This document shows, piece by piece, positions 27,301 to 36,300 of a stretch of DNA of 52,301 nt. The notes beneath the pieces are model-generated. The model did no database searches, was not told the DNA's origin, and saw only the letters and a program-made list of their open reading frames with translations. Within the stretch, counting starts at the first letter, position 1. Each line of letters opens with the position of its first letter. The DNA is from Patescibacteria group bacterium (lineage in GTDB: Bacteria; Patescibacteriota; Patescibacteriia; UM-FILTER-42-10). Both the position numbers and the translations under genes were made by a program. The stretch spans positions 1 through 52,301 of the forward strand of contig JBAYGW010000006.1 in assembly GCA_041666485.1 (NCBI GenBank), in the 5' to 3' direction.

Positions 27301-30300
27301 CGGTTCTACTAACATGATTAATCTACGGGTGCAAAGCACCACTTATCAAACTTCCTGCAATGATACAACCGGGGCTTTTACTTTCACCGGCGTAGCGACA
27401 CCATCCAGTTCTGAAGCGATGATTATCTGGATTGACGGTCAGACCCCGGACGGTTCAACCGTGAATCAATACTCAGGAACCGGTGACGTTACAGGCATGA
27501 CTGTCCAGGAAAACTCCGTAACCGTCCACAATGACTCCGGCGCATCATATGTCAGTAATTCTGATTTGAATACATTTGATAATGGTGATGATGATGACAT
27601 CAACTATACGGTTTCAACAAGCGACCTGATGATTGAGGACGGGCACCGGCTATTGATCAAGACCAACGAATACCTGGATGCCGGTGGTATAATTACGACC
27701 TCTCCCGCTGCTACACAAAGTGCCATGGATGGTGATATTTATCTGGAATCCGGCGCGGCAATCTCTATTGGTGCCTATGCGCTTTCAATCGGCGGTGACT
27801 ACACAGTAGAAAGTTCCGCGGGAATAATATTTACTACCGGACAAATAACTACTTTTACCGGAACTACTACCGGATTTTCAATTGATACACCGTTAAATTT
27901 TGACAGCTTGGTATTCAACGGTACCGGCGGCGGATGGACATTTGATGGTGATGCTACGATGACTAATGACCTGACCGTAACCGCCGGTACAATCATTTTG
28001 GGGGCGGCAAGTTATGTCGCGGATGATGTCATAATCAATGGCGGAACACTGGATGTAAGCAGTGGAAATAATTATTCGCTTAGCGTCATGGGCTCCTGGG
28101 ATATTGATGGTGGTAATTTTGAAGCTCGGTCAGGCAATGTAACTTTTAATTCGTACTTTGGGTCAGAGACTATTGACTCCGACGGAACCGGTACTGATTC
28201 TTTTTATGATCTCACATTCAATGATGTGAGCGGACATTGGGATCTTGCTGGAATTTTAGACGTAAATAGAAATCTAACAATTACCGGTGGCACAGTTGAT
28301 AATTCATCCGGCAATTATAATATCAATGTTGGAGGCAGTTGGGATAATGACGATGAATACATCTGTGGTACTGGGACTGTAACGTTTGACGCCACTTCCG
28401 GCACTTTATCAATTGACGCAGACGGAACGGGTGCCGATGCTTTTTATGACCTGACATTTAATGACGGTGGCGGGACAGCTACCTGGCAACTGACAGGACT
28501 TTTAGATGTTAATAGAAATCTTTCTATCGCCGGAGGAACTGTTGATAATTCCGCCGGCAATTACAATATCAACATCGGCGGCGGATACGATAATGATGAC
28601 GGTTATACAAGAGGAACAGAAACAATAACTTTTGACGCGACTTCCGGCACAAACCTAATTGATGGAGACGGGACAGGTAACCAGGACCTTTATAATGTCA
28701 CGTTCAATGACGGTGGCGGAACAGCTACATGGCAATTAACCACTAATTTTGACTGGATATACGGAACTACCACCTTGACTGACGGGGTGTTTGATTTGAA
28801 TAATTATTATTGGTACTCCTACGGTAACTTCAACAAGACCGGGGGTTCATTGCAGATGAATCAGGCATCGGACAATTTAGTTTTTCAGGGTACTTTTACT
28901 ATTTCCGGGGCAGAGGGTGCTGATGTCTTTACGTACGGGACTATCCAGGTGCAGGATGATTTCACTATTTCAGGAGATAATACTTTTGTATTCGGCGGAG
29001 CCGGCAGTCCGCGGGTTGTCTTCACCGGTACAAAGGATCCGACAATATCAATATCCGGCGCTAACAATGTTATTGGATCTAGCACTTATAGTGCGTATTT
29101 TGATATTGCATTTACAAATTCAACCAACACACTGACCTTCCTGACGGCCGTGAATGCCGGACATTGCCGACCACAAGAAGGTAAATTTGTAATCAACGGG
29201 CAAAATCTGAGGTGTGATGGAGTCTTTTACGCATATGCCGGCAGCGGTATTGACATGGCGAGCGGGTCCTTGATTATCGGCAGAGAGTCCTATGCAGGAG
29301 GATCATATAGCCCCTTTTGGTATGAGGCTGGCGCTACAGAGAATATATCCGGGGGAACTATCCAGGTTTATGGATCAGAGCAGGCTACTTACGGCACAGC
29401 CTATTTTGCTGATGGATCTAATTTCACTCCCACCGGCGGAACATTTCAATTTATGGGTACTGCTACCGCTTCCATTTATGTAGCGGAAGTTGATGCTGCT
29501 GACTTCAACTTTTGGGATCTTACTATAGGCAATGGCAGTACAAAAACGGTAGAAATCAATACCGGATCAGTATCAGCAATTGACGTTGATGGTGATCTTA
29601 CCATCACTGCCGGTGCAACACTAGATTCCAACGGAGAACCGTTTGAGGTTGCCGGTAATTGGGATAATAACGGAACTTACACGCATGACAGTAATGCGGT
29701 TACCTTTGACGGAAGCGATACAGACAACACGATTGAAGCCGGCAGCTCTGCATTCTATGATGTCATTTTTCAAGGGCTAGACGGTGCCGGTTTGTGGACT
29801 TTCCAGACCAATGATGCAACTGTTACCAGAACGATTGATATAGATACGAGCGATGAAGTAGTGATTGCCACCGCACGAACGATTACTTGGACCGGATCCG
29901 CTTTCACATTGGACGGGACAATCAGCGGAGCAGGAAAACTTACGATTGATTCTTCTACTACCATACCTACAACCGGTACGCTTTCTAGCATTGTGCGTTT
30001 TGATAGTACAGCCGGTAATACTGCGGTAATGCCGACCCGCACCTATGGAGGCAATGTAGAGATTTATAATAACTCCGCGGTTGCAGCTCGGATTGTTACA
30101 CCGGATATCGGGACACATACAGTTTCTGGCAGTTTAATCGTACAGGCAGCTAACACGCAGAATGTAACTTTTGCCGGAGCAACAAATGACCCCACTATGA
30201 ATATCACGGGCGATCTTGACTTTGGTACTTCAGGAGGAGGTGTCCAAACCATAACCACCGGCGCTAACAAATGGACTGTTGCCGGTAACGTAGATTTAAC

Positions 30301-33300
30301 GGCGGGAACTTTTACAACAGAAGCGGGAAATACTCTGGCCATGACCGGCACAACCAAGCAGATTACTTCTGCCAGTAATCCTTTGCTAAATTTTGAAATC
30401 AGTGCCGGTTCGGTCAATAATGTAGATGCAATGGATGTGAATGGTACATTTGCTATCACAGCTGGTACATTTGACCATCAACATGGCGGAGCGGATATTA
30501 ATATTTTTAGTAACTTTACTATAACAAGTGGCGGAAACTGGCTGCCCTCTGATACATATAAAATAATCTTAGACGGTGACCTGACACTTACTGACAGTAA
30601 CGCCACCCCCGAGGAATTATCATTATTACAAATCGGCGCATCTCCCGATACCACTGATCTTGCCAGTGATATTGCTACCAAAGGAGTAATTGTGCCAACC
30701 GGAGATATTTTCAACAGTCATGGCTATGATATGACTCTGGGAGTTTACGGGATATCAGTTACCGGAACACTTGATTTGACGGACGATGTGGAAACAGATG
30801 AAACCTTTATTACCACCGATGGAGATGTAACATTTGCTTCTGGTTCTGCGGTAACAATTGACCAGTCTACCTTTACTTTTGATGCCACATCCGGCACTGA
30901 TAATATTTTTAACGCCGGAATTCAGGATCTTTATAATTTGGTAATCAATGGAACAGTAATAGTGGAAGTGGAGGATGCCATTGATGTTAACGGTAATCTG
31001 ACAATTACCAGCGGCACATTGGATGTTGTGTCAGGCGAGAATAATGTAATCACTGTAGCCGGCGCGTGGGATAACGATGCAACCTTTGAAGCGCGTAGCG
31101 GAACCGTTACATTTGACGCTACTTCTGGAACCTACAGTATTGACGCCGACGGCACCGGCACGGATGCATTTTATGATCTGACTTTCAACGACGGTGGCGG
31201 ATCGGCAGAATGGGATTTGGCAGGCGCACTTGATGTGAACCGTAATATTGCGATCACCGGCGGAACGGTAGATAATTCTTCTGGCAATTATAATATTAAC
31301 ATCGGGGGAGGTTGGGACAATGACGACAGTTATGTACGCGGCACAGAAACAACCACTTTTGACGGAGCTTCCGGTACATACAGTATTGATACCGACAGCC
31401 CATTAGAAGATGATTTCTACAATGTTGTTATTAATGACAGTGCCGGTTCTCTTCATTTAGATCTAACTTCACAACCGGCACAGATTGACGGCAATTTAAC
31501 TATTACAGACGGAATTCTTGATCTGAATAATTATGACATGTATGTGGTGGGTAACGTTTCTAAAACTGGTGGAAATCTTGAGGTGAACCAAGCAAGTGAT
31601 TTGTTAGCAATTACCGGTAATTTTACCGTATCCGGTAATGATGGATCTGCCATTTTCTCTGACGGTACGATTAGTATTGATGGGAATACTACCATATCCA
31701 ATGATGACACTTTTGGTTGTGTAGCCGGTGGTTGGCCGACATTTAGAATGCAGGGTACAACAAACTCCACCATTTCGGTCTCAGGAGCAAATAACGATTT
31801 TGGGACAGGTACAGAATTTTGTGCATTTACATTACAAAAAACAACGAATTACACTCTTCAACAACTCACAAATATCACCGGCACGACCTTTTATTTTGAA
31901 AATGGTATATGGGATGTAAATGGACAGACCGCTAATTTTTCTGACAAAGTACAAATCAATACGGACGGCGTGTTGAAAATGGCTACCGGCACTTTTACAG
32001 TTGGTCGCAACGGATCGGACGGTGACAACCGTGCTCCTCTTTCATTTTTTATCAGCTCATCAGAAGATATCACGGGAGGAACAATTGAAATATACGGTAC
32101 GGCCAATGCAACTTATGGCTCGCTATTTATAATGGATGGTTCAAACTTTACCCCCACCGGCGGAACAGTAAAGTTTTTAGGGACTGATGCCACAAACACC
32201 CTCTACATTACCGAAGTAAACACGGCGGATTTTAACTTTTACAATCTGGAAATTGGTGATGGTACCAATGCTAAAACATTGAACGTCAATACAGCCGCAA
32301 CCATCCCGATAGACATGAACGGCAATCTGACTATTAATGCCAATGGTACTTTTGATACAAATAGTGAGGCGGTTAAGGTGGCGGGTAATTGGACAAACAA
32401 CGGAACATTCACAGCCGATAGCGGTACAGTAACACTGGACGGTGCGGCTACTCAAACCATATCCGGCACATTAACCGGCAGTTCCGCTTTTTATGATTTA
32501 ACAATTACCAATACTTCCGGCAGCTACACCGGATGCGACACTGCTTTCACGCCGGGCGTTGATTTCGCCGCATCGGCAACATCAACAAACAACTATACGA
32601 TTAATACCGGCAATGTAAAAGTTGAATATAACTCTGGATCAACTTATACCTTCAACAATATCAACTGGGCAGGAACACTGGGTAACGAAATAGTATTCAG
32701 AAATTCCAATCTTACCTCAGGTACTTGGTTATTGAACGTATCAGGAATTCAGTCCGCTGTTTCATATGTAAGTGTTGGCCGTTCTGACGCATCAAGCGGT
32801 GATCAGATTATTGCGTCAGATGGCACCAACACAGATTGTAGTAATAATATTGACTGGTTGTTTTCTTCTTTTTCAGTCTCCGGCAGTATTTATAATGAAA
32901 ATACTACAATTGCCCTTACTGAATGTGACAGTTCTACAAACATGGTCAATCTTAGAGTTCAGGGTACCACCTACCAGACTTCCTGCGATGATACCACTGG
33001 TGCTTATTCTTTTTCTGGGATAACCGGACCGACTACAAACGAATCTATGATCATCTGGATTGAAGGCCAGACTCCGGACGGCGCAGCGGTAAATAAATAT
33101 TCCGGTTCTGGAAACGTTACCGGGATAATTGTGGAGGCAAATGCCCTGACAATAAATAACGATTCAGCTGTCGCAGTCTCCAATACCGACCTGGACACCT
33201 ATGATAGTCGTGAAGATAATGACATCAATTACACGGTTGATTCCGGCAGTCTTATTGTTGAAGACGGTCACCGAATAGTAATTAAAACCAATGAGAATTT

Positions 33301-36300
33301 TACACCGGGAGCGTCAGTTACCACATCCCCCGCTTCTACACAATCCGCCATGGACGGCGATATTTATCTGGCAACCGGAGCAACTTTGAATATGGCAACT
33401 AACGCTCTTTCTGTAGGCGGTGATTTTACGACCGCCGGGACAGTCACAATCACTATGGATTCCGGACAAGCTACCACTTTCACTGGGACCACTACCGGAT
33501 TTGGAATTGAAGCGGAAGATGCTTTTGATAGTGTAACCTTTAACGGTTCTGGAGGCGGATGGACGTTTGATGCCGGCGCTACTCTTAACCATCACTTAAC
33601 AGTAACTGCCGGAACCATTACCCTGGGAGGCACAACTTCTGTCGGTGGTAATCTGACTATCAATGGTGGCACTCTGGATGTAAGCAGTGGCAATAATTAC
33701 GCCCTTTCAGTAGCCGGATCATGGGATATTGATGCTGGAGTCTTTCAAGCTCAGTCCGGCAATGTAACTTTCAATGCGGGATCCGGCACTCTGAGCATTG
33801 ATCCTGACGGTACCAGCACTGACTCTTTCTATAATCTGACTTTCAATGACGGCGGCGGATCGGCAGAGTGGGACTTAACCGGAATTTTAGATGTAAATCA
33901 CAATCTCGCAATCACTGGCGGTACAGTTGATAACTCCGGAGGCAATTATGCTGTTACCCTTGGTGGCGGGTGGGATAACGACGATACCTATACTTGCGGT
34001 ACTGAAACTGTAACCTTTGACGCAGCTTCCGGCACACTACCGATAGACGCGGACGGAACCGGAACTGATTCCTTCTATAACACAATATTTAATGACGGGG
34101 GTGGTTCCGCCACTTGGCAACTGACTACGTTAATGGATGTTAATAATGATTTTACAATCACCGGCGGAACTTTTGATTATAACGGCAGCAACACTCTCAC
34201 AGTGGCCGGTGATTTTACCAACAATGATACAGTAACCGAATCCACCGGTACCCTAAAAATGGATGGCACTTCAGGAACTCAATATATTAATAATACTGAA
34301 GCAACTTCGGCAGAAGCGTCTAATTTATATAATTTGGAAATTGACGATTCCGCTGGAAGCGCCATTGTAAAATCTTATTACCCATTAGACACGAACAATA
34401 ATTTTACTATAACCGGCGGCACGCTGGATATGGAAGAAGCACAAACATATTTTCTCACCTCTTCCACCACTGATGCGGTTGCAAACAACATGCGTATTAA
34501 AACCACTGACCCAGCCGGTACTGCAAACAGCACTTCTTCCTGCAATGATAATGAAACTAATCAGTCAAACCTTGTATGTATTTTAAATCCTGGGTCTGCA
34601 AATATTACATGGGGGGCGCTACCTTCAACAATCCAACAAAAAGGTTACATGCTTAGCGACAATCAGGGTATTACCGGTACATATGCCACGGGTGATTGGA
34701 CGGTAAAGGCAACAGCAACAGAAGTAACTGGTCAGTTTTCCTACCCTACCTATAGGTTAGAAGCACGGCTCTGGAAGGCTTCAACCGCACTCGGTAGTGC
34801 AACTGCCATTACCGACTGGGGGTATGCAGATGTCACAGCAAATATAACCAGCGACGTAACGATTACGTTTAGTGGTGTATCACAAACAACACTCACAAAT
34901 GAGGTGCTTTATGTTGAGTTTGCCGCCTATTTCCGTGGCGACGCTATGGACTTGGGTTCAGGCGGGCCAACATCTATGACACTTACAGTTAACGAAGGTG
35001 GCACAAAACAACAAATTACTACCCCCGCCTTTTCCCCGCAAATCAATGTCGGTGGTAATTGGGACAACAATGATATCTTTTATCATAATAAAGGTACAGT
35101 AGTTTTTGACCCCGCTACTGGGACAAAGACAATTGATTCCACCGGAGCGTCTGAAGATGATTTCTATAACCTCACAATCAACGATGGTGCTGGTACCGGT
35201 ACCGTTCAGTTAACCGGATCTAACTTACAAGTAGATAATGATTTCACCTTAACCGACGGGACGTTTGATTTGAATAATTTGCAGACATTGATCACAAACA
35301 GTTTTACCAAGACCGGCGGCAACATAAACATGGATCAGTCCGGTGATCATATCAACGTAGACGGTAACTTTACCGTGTCCGGTGACGGCGGATCATCTGC
35401 TCTTCAAGACGGATCAATTGTTGTGGCTGGCGATGTTGCAATTTCCAATAATAATGTTTTCCAGATGGGCAACAATACCGGCTATCCTGTTTTCTCTATG
35501 GATGGTGCTGTCAGCAAAACCATTACCGTTTCTGGCACTGGCAATTATTTTGGCACGACAGGGGCAACCGGCGAATTTGATATTGATAAAGCTGGAGGAA
35601 CAGTTGTAAACGCGGGATCTGATCTAGCTATGTGGAATCTGGTTCAAAACACCGGTGGTTTAACCGTTGCCGGTAACTATGTTATTAATGCTGACGGACA
35701 ATATGTCGGACTAGGCGGAGTACTGACAATGAGTAACGGAACGCTTAGTGTCGGCAGTGACAATCTTGCTCCATCTTCCTATGCTAACTTTTATGTTGGT
35801 AGCGGGTGGACTGAAGCAATCTCCGCCGGTACGATTGAAGTTGACGGCGCCGGTCATACCACCAATGAAGCAGCTTATTTTGCCAACGGTTCGGCGTTTA
35901 CACCCACCGGCGGAACATTTAAACTAATCGGTAATGACAATTCCACGATTCAAATTGATGAATTGGATACTGCCGATTTCAATTTCTATGACTTGACTAT
36001 CGGTGATAGTTCAAATACAAAAACAGTTGATATAGATGCGGCATCAACCGATATCTTTGAAGTAACTGATAACATTTTAATCAATCCTAATGCCACTTTT
36101 GATACTAATAGCGAGCCGGTCTATATCGGGGGAAATTGGAACAATAACGGTACCTTCACCGCGGACAGCGGAATAGTAACTTTCAATGCTAGTGATACTA
36201 ATAATACTATTGATGCGGGTACCGGTTCATTCTTTGATATTATCTTTGAAGGGGGTGATGGATCAGGAACTTGGTACTTTCAAAATGATAATGCCACAAT

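Noticed and set aside
28050-34120. Regular ~225-nt periodic repeats that could superficially suggest a repeat array or CRISPR.
   Set aside because: The repeats are in-frame coding repeats of the giant protein. They are diverged, far longer than CRISPR repeats, and have no unique spacers. No cas genes lie in the window.
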